Source: Nitrospirota bacterium
GTDB taxonomy: Bacteria; Nitrospirota; UBA9217
Length of the DNA stretch: 64,000 nucleotides
Direction: 5' to 3'
NCBI GenBank assembly: GCA_963840455.1
Contig: CAWIYV010000010.1
Coordinates: 320,001 to 384,000 of the forward strand
A program made the translations under genes and the position numbers. Under the pieces are notes generated by a model, which was not told where the DNA came from, did no database searches, and saw nothing but the letters and a program-made list of their open reading frames with translations. Of the stretch, positions 1 through 9,720 are shown piece by piece. How positions within the stretch are numbered: the stretch's first letter is position 1; each line of letters begins with the position of its first letter.

Positions 1-1040
1 GCCATCCGTGAGAGCGGCAGGACCTTGTCGACGGCACCCGAGCGGATCACTTCCTGGGGCATTCCGAAGATCACGGCGCTTTCCTGGCTTTCGGCGATAC
101 ACTGACCATTCAACCTCTTGATGGCCAAGGCCCCGGCTGTACCGTCGTTGCCCATCCCCGTGAGCACCACGCCCAGGACCGCTGAGCCGCACGCCTCGGC
201 GACCGAGGCCATCATCCGGTCCGCGGACGGTACATACTTGTCCGACGGTTCGCGGGGAACGAGCTCAATGAAGAGGCCCTCACGGTCGCGCTTGACCAGC
301 AAGTGATGCCCGCCGGGCGCGATGAGCGCCATGCCCGACCTGATGCGGTCGCCCGCGGCCGCCTCGCTCACGATGAGCGGGGCGAGTTTGTTGAGACGCT
401 CCGCAAAGCTCCGGGTGAACCCCGGCGGCATGTGCTGGGAGATGACGATCCCCGCGCCGAGGTCGCCGGGAAGCCCGGAGAGAATCGCCTGCAGGGCGGG
501 AGGGCCGCCCGTCGAGGCCGCGATCGCCACGATCTCGATCACGCTCTTCCGCGGCGTGGTCTCCTCGTCCTTCCGGACGGCCGGGGCGACCCGCTCACGG
601 GCCAGCAGGTCAACGGTGGAGCGCACCTTGCCCATCTCGAGCGAAGGCATGGCGCGTACCTTCATGAGAAGCTCTTCCCGGATGCCCTCGAGGCTTTTCG
701 AGATCCGCGCTTCCGGCTTGGCCAGGAAGTCCACGGCGCCCAGCTCCAGGGCCCGGAACACGCTCCGGCTGTCCGAGCGTGATGAAATGACGAGGACGGG
801 CGTCGGCCGCTCCTTCATGAGCCACCGCAGGAACGTGAAGCCGTCCATGTTCGGCATTTCCAGGTCCAACGTGATCACGTCCGGGGAGAGGCGCAGCGTC
901 TTTCCGATGGCGTCGACGCCGTCAATGGCGGTGCCTACCACCTCGATGCCGGTGTCGATCGCCAGCATCTGCGATATGGCGCTTCGATTGAACGCCGAAT
1001 CGTCGACCACCAGGGCCTTTATTGTCCGTATCCTATTCAT
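1..1040 (-). CDS. cheB: Chemotaxis response regulator protein-glutamate methylesterase (3' end runs off window)
   Basis: Manual translation from ATG at 1040: MNRIRTIKALVVDDSAFNR...DLEMP (REC), then ASTGGP, QHMP and LTGMGNDG methylesterase motifs. Not in the ORF track because it has no stop in the window. Confidence 0.95.
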   Translation of the reverse strand, partial: MNRIRTIKALVVDDSAFNRSAISQMLAIDTGIEVVGTAIDGVDAIGKTLRLSPDVITLDLEMPNMDGFTFLRWLMKERPTPVLVISSRSDSRSVFRALELGAVDFLAKPEARISKSLEGIREELLMKVRAMPSLEMGKVRSTVDLLARERVAPAVRKDEETTPRKSVIEIVAIAASTGGPPALQAILSGLPGDLGAGIVISQHMPPGFTRSFAERLNKLAPLIVSEAAAGDRIRSGMALIAPGGHHLLVKRDREGLFIELVPREPSDKYVPSADRMMASVAEACGSAVLGVVLTGMGNDGTAGALAIKRLNGQCIAESQESAVIFGMPQEVIRSGAVDKVLPLSRM

Positions 1041-1926
1041 GGGGGCATCGCGGTGCGGAGGCTTGCCCGGCCCTTAGCCGCACCGGCTTCTGATAGACCA
1101 TGTCGTTCTGCAGCGTGCGAAGCGTGAAAGCGGTCGAGATGTTGATCAGGGATTCTGAATGGCCGAGCAGAAGGTAGCCACCATCCCGCAGCTTGTCATG
1201 AAAGGTCCCGATCACTTTTTTCTTAGCGTCCCGGTCGAAGTAGATGATGACGTTCCGACAAAAAATAATGTCCAGGTCGCGGATCAGACTGGACTTGAAA
1301 GGGTCCAGGAGGTTCACATAGCTGAAGGAGACCAGGCGGCGGACCGGATCGATGATCCGGAAGTCGCCTTTTCCTTCTTCGACGAAGTATCGCTTCAGCA
1401 TTTCCGGCGGCGTCGCCCGATGCGAGCCCTTCTTGTACACGCCCTTCCTGGCCGTGTGCAGGACCCGCTGGTTGATGTCGCTCCCCATGATCTCCACCTG
1501 CCAGTCGCGCCACCAGTCGCCGGACTCGAGCAGGAGGATCGCAATGGTGTAGGGCTCCTCGCCCGTGGAGCATCCGGCGCTCCAGATGCGCAGGCTCTTC
1601 CTCCCGGTGTCCTTCCCGCGAAGCTCAGGAATGATTTCGTCGGAGAACGCCCTGAGCTGGGCGCTTTCCCGGAAAAAATAGGTCTCGTTGGTGGTGAGAT
1701 TGTCCACGAGGACGATGAGTTCTTCATCGCGCCTCCGGTCGTAGCGGAGAAAATGATAGTATTCTTCGAAGCTCTTGAGCTGGTGCTGCTCGAGCCTGCG
1801 GTTCAGCCGCCGCTCCAGCAGGAACTTGGATCCGTCATCGAAGAAGATCCCGCAGTAGTCGTGGATGAAGTCGCGGAGAAGACGGAAGACGTCGTCGGGG
1901 AGCGAGATGAGCTGGTCCGTGAACAT
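1033..1926 (-). CDS. cheR: Chemotaxis protein methyltransferase
   Basis: TTNETYFFRE, IWSAGCSTGEEPYT, IFCRNVIIYF and LLGHSESL motifs. Confidence 0.96.
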   Translation of the reverse strand: MFTDQLISLPDDVFRLLRDFIHDYCGIFFDDGSKFLLERRLNRRLEQHQLKSFEEYYHFLRYDRRRDEELIVLVDNLTTNETYFFRESAQLRAFSDEIIPELRGKDTGRKSLRIWSAGCSTGEEPYTIAILLLESGDWWRDWQVEIMGSDINQRVLHTARKGVYKKGSHRATPPEMLKRYFVEEGKGDFRIIDPVRRLVSFSYVNLLDPFKSSLIRDLDIIFCRNVIIYFDRDAKKKVIGTFHDKLRDGGYLLLGHSESLINISTAFTLRTLQNDMVYQKPVRLRAGQASAPRCPHE

Positions 1927-3918
1927 TTATCTCCCCAGGGCTTCCTTGGCCGCCTGCCGGACGGTGGGGTCCGGATCGTCCGCGGCCATCTGCTCGAGGA
2001 GGAGGTCAGTGGCGGGATCCCGCCGATTCTTGAGGATCTCTGCTGCGGATTTCCTCACGCTCCAGTGAGGATCGAAAAGATGGGACAGAACGGACGGCCG
2101 CACGCTGACCCAGTCATAGGAAGAAAGGGCGCCCAGGACGGTCTTGCGCACTTCAGGGTCCTCGTGGCTGGCAAGGGACAGGAGCGGCTCCAGCGCTTCA
2201 CGGACCGATACCCTGCCGACAACGTCCACCAGGGCAAGGAGAAAGATATCACTGGCCTCCTTCAGGTGGCCCGCGAGGACTGCACCGAAACGGTCCGCGC
2301 CGACCTTTCCCAATGCCCGCGCAGCTGCCGCGCGGACCCAGAGGTCTTCGTCATCCAGCAGGGGGATGAGCGCCTCGGCGGACTCGGCAGATCCGGTCCT
2401 GCCCAGGGTCTCCGCCGCCAGCATCCGCACCTCGGGGTCATCGTCGGTGATTGCCAGGAGGAGCGGTCGGATGGCCCTGCTGTCACGGATCGTGTCGAGC
2501 GCGATGACGACGGCCTTCCGCACGTCGGCTTCTTCGTCCTTCAGGGCGAAGGACAGGGCCTCGAACACCCGCTCTGTGCCGAACCGGCCCAGGAGGCGTA
2601 CGATGTTCCGACGCATGCTGGCATCGCGCAATGTGAAGTCCGTGAGCAGTCCGTCCAGGACCGACTCGTCCCCGATGTCGGCGAGGGCGCGGATGGCGCA
2701 CTCCTGAACGTTCTCATATTCGTCCTCCAGGAGCTTCAACAGCGGCACGACCGCCCTCCTGCTCGTCAGCCTTCCGAGGGACTCCGCGGCCGCACCCCGG
2801 ACATGCCCGTTCTCGTCATCGAGCATCGAAAGAAGGGCATCCTCGGCCTCCCGCCTTCCGAACTCTCCCAGCACCACGGCCACGGCGCGCCGGACCAGGA
2901 CGTTGTCGTCCCCCAGACGCCCGAGCAGCAGCGGCACGCACTCCTGGCCCAGATTACGGAGGGCATGGACCACGGGCTCCACCATCTCCTCGTCGCGGAG
3001 CAGGGACAGGAGCTTCGGTACCGCTGCGGGCCTGCCTGTCCAGCCGAGCACGACCACGGCCGACTTCTGCTGCTCCCCTCCGCACGTGTCGATAAGTTCC
3101 TCGAGGAAAGGCATCGTGCGGTCCGCGATGCCGTCGCGCACTGCAGCGACGATCTTTCCGCGGTCCGCGGGGACGCTCTTCCGGAATACGGTCACCAGCG
3201 CCGCCACGGAAGCCTCGCGAACGATGCGCAGGGGATCAGCGAGGCCGCTGATGAGCGGAGGAAGGGTGTTCACGTTGCCGATCTTCCCGAGGGCCTCGAG
3301 CACCGGTTCACGCAGACTGCTCCGGCCAAGGGCCGCTATCAGCGGCTGCAGGGCGCGCTCGTCGCCGATCTCGCCCAGGGCCTCGGCGGCAGCGTAGTCG
3401 AGCCAGCCCTGGTCTCTGGAGCTCAGGCACCCGATGAGCGCGTCCACAGCGCGCCGGTCCCGGAGCTTGCCCAGGGACTCCGCCGCTGCCACGCGGACGT
3501 TCTCGTCGGCATCGTTCAGTTTTTCGAGCAGGCCCGGTACCGCGCGTACGTCGCGGATGTCCCCGAGGACGTCCACGGCGAACTTGCGCACATCGGGGTC
3601 TTCGCTGTCCAGGAGCGGCAGGAGCGGGCCCACCGCTGCCGCACCGATCTGAGACAGCGCCTCGATCGCCGAGTTCCGCGCTCCGGCGTTGTCCTCGGCG
3701 CTGAGACGCTGCACCAGGCCATTCGTAACATCGTCACCCCCGAAGGCAATGAGCCCCTCAACGGCGGTCTTCCGCACGCGCCAGTCCGGATCGCCCAGGG
3801 CCCGGAGCAGGAGGGGTATCGCCCCGCGCTCCGCGCGGCCAAGGTCCACCGCGGCCTCGCGCCGCTCTTCGGCGTCCTGGCTCTCCAGCTTCCTGCTCAG
3901 AAGTTCAAGGGTGGACAT
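1927..3918 (-). CDS. HEAT/PBS-lyase repeat protein of chemosensory cluster
   Basis: Many ~31-aa repeats of the type D-x-D-x-x-VR-x-x-A-x-x-ALG; abuts cheR. Confidence 0.9.
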   Translation of the reverse strand: MSTLELLSRKLESQDAEERREAAVDLGRAERGAIPLLLRALGDPDWRVRKTAVEGLIAFGGDDVTNGLVQRLSAEDNAGARNSAIEALSQIGAAAVGPLLPLLDSEDPDVRKFAVDVLGDIRDVRAVPGLLEKLNDADENVRVAAAESLGKLRDRRAVDALIGCLSSRDQGWLDYAAAEALGEIGDERALQPLIAALGRSSLREPVLEALGKIGNVNTLPPLISGLADPLRIVREASVAALVTVFRKSVPADRGKIVAAVRDGIADRTMPFLEELIDTCGGEQQKSAVVVLGWTGRPAAVPKLLSLLRDEEMVEPVVHALRNLGQECVPLLLGRLGDDNVLVRRAVAVVLGEFGRREAEDALLSMLDDENGHVRGAAAESLGRLTSRRAVVPLLKLLEDEYENVQECAIRALADIGDESVLDGLLTDFTLRDASMRRNIVRLLGRFGTERVFEALSFALKDEEADVRKAVVIALDTIRDSRAIRPLLLAITDDDPEVRMLAAETLGRTGSAESAEALIPLLDDEDLWVRAAAARALGKVGADRFGAVLAGHLKEASDIFLLALVDVVGRVSVREALEPLLSLASHEDPEVRKTVLGALSSYDWVSVRPSVLSHLFDPHWSVRKSAAEILKNRRDPATDLLLEQMAADDPDPTVRQAAKEALGR

Positions 3919-4438
3919 CGCCCGCCTCCGCCAGCGCCGCCTGTTCTTCTCCGCTCAGGACCCTGCTGATATCAAGGATGATGACGAGCCGGTCTGTCAC
4001 CTTTGCCACGCCCGCGATGAAGCCTGCCTGCCCGCTTGTCGCCGCTTCGGGCGCGGGGCCGATGTCTCGGACGGGAATATGCAGCACCTCGCGAACAGTG
4101 TCCACCACCAGCCCCAGCAGATCCTTCGCAGTACCGGTCCCGCCGTGCAGGGCCCCGCGGGTGATGATCATGCGCATCTTCCTTGGGTCGTTCTGGATAT
4201 TCGTGAGACCGAAGCGCTTGCGAAGGTCCACGACCGGGATGATCGCGCCGCGGAGGTTGATCACACCCTCAATGAACCGCGGCATGTGCGGGAGCGGTGT
4301 GATCTTGAGCGGCCGGAGGGCCTCGGTGATAACGCCGATGTCGAGGCCGAATTCCTCCTGCCCAACCTGGAACGTCACGATCTGGGCAGTCTTCTCAGCG
4401 ACGACGGTCTTCTTGTCCTTTTTCTTATTCTGCAGCAT
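3905..4438 (-). CDS. cheW: CheW coupling protein
   Basis: IEGVINLRGAIIPVVDLRKRFGL, LGLVVDTVREVL. Confidence 0.93.
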   Translation of the reverse strand: MLQNKKKDKKTVVAEKTAQIVTFQVGQEEFGLDIGVITEALRPLKITPLPHMPRFIEGVINLRGAIIPVVDLRKRFGLTNIQNDPRKMRMIITRGALHGGTGTAKDLLGLVVDTVREVLHIPVRDIGPAPEAATSGQAGFIAGVAKVTDRLVIILDISRVLSGEEQAALAEAGDVHP

Positions 4439-4533
4439 GGTTCATAGCACCATAGGTCGTTCGCATTGCGAATGAACACCGTGCAAATGCGCATTCGCAG
4501 CGCGACAACGCATTCCACCGTTCGTGGTCCGAT

Positions 4534-6624
4534 CTAGGTCGTAAAACGGTCGATCTCCCTTTTCAGCACCCCGGACTGCGCCGTCAGGACATCCACAGCG
4601 CTGGTCAGCCGCGCCGCCAGCGCCGCGTTCTCCCGCGCAGTCGATTTGATCCGCTCAATGGCCTTCACGATGAGATCACTGCCGGTCCGGACCTCGCTCG
4701 CCGCCCGGTTCATCAGGCCGACCTTGGCGCCCATATTCTCGACAGAGACGGTGATGTTCTTGCTGGCCTTGACCTGCTCGGCGGTCGCCGTCCGTACGAA
4801 CCGCGTGATGTCCCGCATCTTCTCGGCCGCACGCATGATCTGCTCGCTGCCGGCGCGCTGTTCCGTCGTGGCCCGCGCGATCTGGTGCGCCATTTCGTTG
4901 ATCCGGTCCACGGCCTCGTTCACCTGCCCCATTGCCATGACCTGTTCGGCCGCGGCCCTGCTGATGCTGCGGCTCATCTCGCCCGACTGGTCGGCCCGGT
5001 CCACGATCTTTCGGAGAGCGTCCCCCGCCTCTTGCGCAAGCCGGGTCCCCGCTTCCGCCATGAGGACCCCGTTCCGCATGACCTCCACCGCTTCCCGAGA
5101 ATCCTCCTGCACGGATGTGATGAGCGTCCCGATCTCCTGGGTCGATGCAGCAGTGCGATTCGCCAGCTCCCGGATCTGCGCGGCGACGACCGCAAAGCCC
5201 TTGCCGTGCTCGCCCGCCTGTGCAGCTAGGATAGCGGCGTTCAGGGCAAGGAGGCCGGTCTGGTCGGTGATGTCCTCGATGACGGTCAGGATTCCTCCGA
5301 TGTTCTCAGCGCGCCCGCCCAGCCGGTTGATGACATCTGCGGACCGCCGCGACTCATCCTCGATGCGGCGCATCCCCTCGATCGTCTTCTCGATGGAGCG
5401 CATGCCGAGGTCTCGGGCGTCGGCCGTGACCGCATCGGCGAGCCCGGTGGACTGCTTCGCGCGGGCCTCCACCTCCCGGACCGACGCGCTGATCGTGCTG
5501 GTCGAGGCTGCGGTCTCATCGGCCGCCGTCGACAGCGTTTCGACATTCCCGGCGATCTGGCGGACCGCTGCTGACATCTGCGTGATGGCCGTTGAGGTCT
5601 CCTCAATGGACGAAGAAAGGTCGGTCATGAGTCGCGCTACCTCGTCGATGGATGCCGCGGTCTCGATCACAGCGGAGGACGTCTGCTCGGACGTCTCGTA
5701 AAGGTCCTCCACGTTCCCTGCGATCTCCTTCAAGGAGAAGTGCATCTCGTTCACCGATGACGACGCCTCTTCGACGGACTCGGACTGCACCCGGCTCGCG
5801 TCACCGATGTTGGCCGCGACGCCCGCCACCTCGCCAGACACCGTTTCGAGCTTTCCGGAGGACTCCCGTACGCTGCCGACCATCTCCTTGAGACCGATGA
5901 CCATCTGGTTGAGCCCGCGCCCGAGCTCGCCGATCTCGTCGACGGTGTTCACCCGCACGTTCTGCGTCAGGTCGCCCGCCGCGATGCTGGTCGCCACGGC
6001 CTCAGCCTCGGCGGTCGGTGCCGCGATCATCCGGCGGACCATGAAATACACGAGTGTAGATATCGTCAGCACGATGACGATGCTTGTTGCCGCCAGCAGC
6101 AGTACGATCTTTGTGGCGTTCTCCCGGATCTCAGCGCGCGAGAAGGCAAGGTGAATGGCGGCAAGCTTCGTCCCTCCCAGCGAAACGTCAATGGACGCTT
6201 CAACGGGATCCAGTTCCTGATGAACCGCTGCCAGCAGCCGCTTCACATCCTCGCTCTTCTCCGCGGCGAGCACCTTCTTCACGCCGGGGTCCTCGACGTT
6301 AAAGCTGGCGTGCGCGCTGGTGAGTGGAGCGCCATCCGTTCCGGTGAACACGATGGCCAGGATGTCCTTCCCCTGCACCACATCCCCCACCAGGAGATTC
6401 AGCCCCAGGATGTCGCCTGACGCGAGGCGGTCAAGCGCCGCCTTCGCCAGGACAGCGCCGATCTCCCGGCCGCGGGCTTCGAGGGACCGCTCCTGGGAGA
6501 CGAGCATCATGCGGGCCACGAAGAACGTCCCGGCCATCATCAGGACGATGACCCACACGGACAAGGTGGCCACGAACTTCATCCCCATGCTCTTCCTGAT
6601 CCGGTCCTTGATCTTCTGGAACAT
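4534..6624 (-). CDS. Methyl-accepting chemotaxis protein (2 TM, ~150-aa periplasmic domain, HAMP, long signalling domain)
   Basis: [28 protein letters not shown] tip and HAMP (DEIGEL). Start moved to MFQKIK (6624) behind an AGAGAGGGA RBS; the ORF track starts at 6672. Confidence 0.93.
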   Translation of the reverse strand: MFQKIKDRIRKSMGMKFVATLSVWVIVLMMAGTFFVARMMLVSQERSLEARGREIGAVLAKAALDRLASGDILGLNLLVGDVVQGKDILAIVFTGTDGAPLTSAHASFNVEDPGVKKVLAAEKSEDVKRLLAAVHQELDPVEASIDVSLGGTKLAAIHLAFSRAEIRENATKIVLLLAATSIVIVLTISTLVYFMVRRMIAAPTAEAEAVATSIAAGDLTQNVRVNTVDEIGELGRGLNQMVIGLKEMVGSVRESSGKLETVSGEVAGVAANIGDASRVQSESVEEASSSVNEMHFSLKEIAGNVEDLYETSEQTSSAVIETAASIDEVARLMTDLSSSIEETSTAITQMSAAVRQIAGNVETLSTAADETAASTSTISASVREVEARAKQSTGLADAVTADARDLGMRSIEKTIEGMRRIEDESRRSADVINRLGGRAENIGGILTVIEDITDQTGLLALNAAILAAQAGEHGKGFAVVAAQIRELANRTAASTQEIGTLITSVQEDSREAVEVMRNGVLMAEAGTRLAQEAGDALRKIVDRADQSGEMSRSISRAAAEQVMAMGQVNEAVDRINEMAHQIARATTEQRAGSEQIMRAAEKMRDITRFVRTATAEQVKASKNITVSVENMGAKVGLMNRAASEVRTGSDLIVKAIERIKSTARENAALAARLTSAVDVLTAQSGVLKREIDRFTT

Positions 6625-6693
6625 GTTCCCTCTCTGCGCAATGACGGCCGCATCCTGCGGCGTTCCATGCACGATGCTGTCCTGCTGCAGTGA

Positions 6694-8787
6694 TCAGACT
6701 TTGAACTTCTGGAGTTCTGACTGGAGAGCGGCGGCCTTTTCCCGGAGCGACGCCTCGGCCATGTCCATCTCGACGGACACGTTGACGTTCTCTTCGGTGA
6801 TCTTCTGGATGCGCGCGATGGCGTCGCTGATCTGCTGGGCGCCGAGGCTTTGCTCGGAGGTGGACCGAGCGACCTGGGCGGCTTGGGACGTGGCGGCCTC
6901 CATGGCCTTGGCGATCTGTTTGCTCCCGACGGTCTGCTCTTGCGTCGCCACCTTCATCTGGCGGGTGATGTCCCTCGTTCTCTCGGCCGCCTGGGCGATG
7001 CGCTCGCTGCCCTTCTGCTGCTCCTGCATGGCGTGAGCGATCTTTTCGATCTGCTCCGCGATGTTCAGAGCCGCATCGGTGATCTGCGCCACTCCCTTGG
7101 CCTGTTCGGCCGTGGTCAGCTCGATGGCGCGCGCCATCTCCGCCGACTGCCGGGAGCTCTCGGCGACCTGCTGGAACACATCGCTCGTCACCTTGACGAG
7201 TCCCGTGCCGTTCTCCACAGCCTGCAGGCCCTTCGCCATTGCCTGCACGCTGGCGGCGGTCTCCTGCTGGACCGCGGAGATGACGTTGGCGATCTCTTTG
7301 GTGGAAGCGGCGGTGCGCTCCGCAAGCTCGCGGATCTCTTCGGCGACGACAGCGAATCCTTTCCCGTGCTCGCCCGCCTGCGCTGCCAGGATTGCCGCGT
7401 TCAGGGCGAGGAGGCTGGTCTGGTCGGTCACCTCGTCGATGACCTTCAGGATCTGTCCGATCTCCTGCGAACGCTTTCCGAGCCGATTGACCGTCTCCGC
7501 CGTGGCCTCCACGGTGGAACGGATGTTCTCCATGCCGGTCATCGCCTCACGGGCCGCGGCCATGCCCTGCTCCGACGCGCTCCGCGCGACCTTTTCCGCG
7601 AGCCTCGCCGACTCCAGGGCCTTTTGCTCCACCGCCTTCACGGTGGCACTCATCTCGGTGATGGAGGACGATGTCTGCTCCGCGGCCGAGGAGAGGGTCT
7701 CCGTGTTCTCCGACACCTGGCGGATGGACGCCAGCGTCTGGACGATGGAGGCCGCCGTATCGTCGGCTGCCAAGGACAGACCGCTGGCGTTCTGCGCAGT
7801 TTCCTCGACTGAGGCGGCCATCTCCGCGACCGAAGACGATGCGTCAGCGGCGGCCTGGGACATCTCCGCCGCGTTCTCCGCAACACCCCTGATCGAAGCG
7901 ATCATCTCGTCCACGGTCATGGCCGTCTGCTCCCCGGCCTCTTGCTGGACCCGTGCACCCTGGCTCATCTTCTGCGTTGCCGTGTTCATGATCTGCATGG
8001 CTTCGCCAAGGCCGCCCGTCATCTGGTTGATCCGGCCGAGCATCTCCCGCAGGCTTGAGGAAAGCGTGTTGATGGCGTTGCCCAGTTCGGCGATCTCGGT
8101 CTTTCCGCTCACCGTGACATTGCGCGCGAGGTCGCCGGCCGCCATGAGGCTCGCGGTCCCGGCCATCTCGCCCAAGGGGTCGGTGATCGTGCGCTTCATG
8201 AACAGGGTCACCAGGTACGTGGCGAGCACAAAGACGACGACCGCCACGATCACCGACCGCAGGAGCAGGTCCCGGATCGGCCGGTTCACAGCGCTCCCCT
8301 TCAGCGCGATCCGGAGTACGCCCATCTTCTTGCCGTCGGGCCCCATGAGCGGGACGACCTTTTCATACTGGTCCCCGCCCTCATCGACATAATCCTGCAC
8401 CAACGGTTCCGCGGCCTCCAGGGCCTTCCTGCTGCCGGGATCGGTCGCGGGGGAACCTTCGCGCTCCTTGTCCGTGGCATAGAGGACCTTCCCGTCCTTG
8501 TCCACAACCATGGCCCGGGAGATATCCCGGTCGGTCTCTCTGAGCCCCCGAAGCTTTTCGCTCATGCCGTCCATGGCGGAGAGCGGAAGACCGAACCCGG
8601 TGACCTTGTCGATGTCCTTCTTGACGCCCTCGGCCATGGCCGTGGTCCGTCCGAGCACTGCTTCCCGGTACTTGCCGGCCGCACTGGTGATATTGAGTCC
8701 CGTGTTCAATCCAAGGGCCACGAGGAGGATGCCGGCCGTTGCAACCACCGCCCTCGTCTTCAGCGTCATGGCGGTCCACAGTTTCAT
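6694..8787 (-). CDS. Methyl-accepting chemotaxis protein (2 TM, Cache-like periplasmic domain, HAMP, long signalling domain)
   Basis: [35 protein letters not shown] tip; two hydrophobic segments; HAMP (TEIAEL). Confidence 0.94.
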   Translation of the reverse strand: MKLWTAMTLKTRAVVATAGILLVALGLNTGLNITSAAGKYREAVLGRTTAMAEGVKKDIDKVTGFGLPLSAMDGMSEKLRGLRETDRDISRAMVVDKDGKVLYATDKEREGSPATDPGSRKALEAAEPLVQDYVDEGGDQYEKVVPLMGPDGKKMGVLRIALKGSAVNRPIRDLLLRSVIVAVVVFVLATYLVTLFMKRTITDPLGEMAGTASLMAAGDLARNVTVSGKTEIAELGNAINTLSSSLREMLGRINQMTGGLGEAMQIMNTATQKMSQGARVQQEAGEQTAMTVDEMIASIRGVAENAAEMSQAAADASSSVAEMAASVEETAQNASGLSLAADDTAASIVQTLASIRQVSENTETLSSAAEQTSSSITEMSATVKAVEQKALESARLAEKVARSASEQGMAAAREAMTGMENIRSTVEATAETVNRLGKRSQEIGQILKVIDEVTDQTSLLALNAAILAAQAGEHGKGFAVVAEEIRELAERTAASTKEIANVISAVQQETAASVQAMAKGLQAVENGTGLVKVTSDVFQQVAESSRQSAEMARAIELTTAEQAKGVAQITDAALNIAEQIEKIAHAMQEQQKGSERIAQAAERTRDITRQMKVATQEQTVGSKQIAKAMEAATSQAAQVARSTSEQSLGAQQISDAIARIQKITEENVNVSVEMDMAEASLREKAAALQSELQKFKV

Positions 8788-9710
8788 TTTATCACCTTCG
8801 TCGCATCGGAAATAAGGTCCATGGAAGGTTTCAGCCCCAGGGCTGTCGCCTCCTTGAGGTTCAGGACCAGTTCGACCAGTTTGGGGACCTCAGGTGCGAT
8901 GTTTGCCGGGTTCTCGCCGTTCAGGATCCGCGCGACCATTCGGGCCGCTGCCTCGCCTTGCTCGGTTGCGCTCGGCGCGAGGGTCAGGATGACACCCTTG
9001 TCGCCTGAACCGCCGGTCTGGCTCATGGTCGGTATCTTGCTGCCATGGGCCGCCTTCACGATCTCGGCCAGCGCCTCGTTCACCGTCGCGCTGACGGAGA
9101 TGAACACCGCGTCGGCCCTGCCTGCGTACGTGAGCGCCCGGGCATCATCAAGCCGCTTGACGGCCATTTTCACCGTCTGGAACCCGTACTGGCCTTCAAG
9201 GGCCGTGAGCTCCTCGACCTGCTTCACCGAATCAGGCTCCAGCTCGTTGTAGACCACGGCCAGCTTGGTGAAGTTCGTGAGCTTCTTGGCATATTTGAGC
9301 AGGCTCGTGATCGGGACCTTGGAGCTGATGCCGGTCATGTTGCGTGCGGCAACGCCGATGCCAGCAGGATCATAGACCCCGGCGTAGACGATGGGGGTGG
9401 ATTTCGTTTCCCGGATGGCCAGGGCGGCAGGCGCGCCGCCGTAGGTCACCAGGACATTCACGTCGGCGACCACCAGTTTCCGGACGGCATTGGTCCACGA
9501 AAGCGGATCGGGCGCGGGCATCTGGAGCAGCGTGTCCACCTTGCGGCGGTCGAAGCCCTCCTTGATCAAGCCGTTGGTAAAGGCCCGATGAAGCTCCTGG
9601 TAGTAGCCGATGTTCCCTGCCATCACCACGCCGATGGTCTTGTCGGCCGCTTCCGCGGGCGTTGCGCAGATAAGCAATGCAGCACAGATCAGCCAGGTAA
9701 TCGTTCTCAT
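8784..9710 (-). CDS. Periplasmic solute-binding protein (ABC_sub_bind-like), no cognate permease/ATPase nearby
   Basis: Signal peptide [21 protein letters not shown]; [30 protein letters not shown] and [13 protein letters not shown] are typical of the family. GGAGG RBS before ATG 9710. Confidence 0.85.
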   Translation of the reverse strand: MRTITWLICAALLICATPAEAADKTIGVVMAGNIGYYQELHRAFTNGLIKEGFDRRKVDTLLQMPAPDPLSWTNAVRKLVVADVNVLVTYGGAPAALAIRETKSTPIVYAGVYDPAGIGVAARNMTGISSKVPITSLLKYAKKLTNFTKLAVVYNELEPDSVKQVEELTALEGQYGFQTVKMAVKRLDDARALTYAGRADAVFISVSATVNEALAEIVKAAHGSKIPTMSQTGGSGDKGVILTLAPSATEQGEAAARMVARILNGENPANIAPEVPKLVELVLNLKEATALGLKPSMDLISDATKVIK

Positions 9711-9720
9711 GCGCCCTCCG

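Noticed and set aside
1159-3969. 936-aa plus-strand ORF and many other long plus-strand ORFs (e.g. 10879-12636, 22391-24121, 31708-33495, 61813-63270)
   Set aside because: Antisense shadows of well-supported minus-strand genes, expected at high GC; no motifs.
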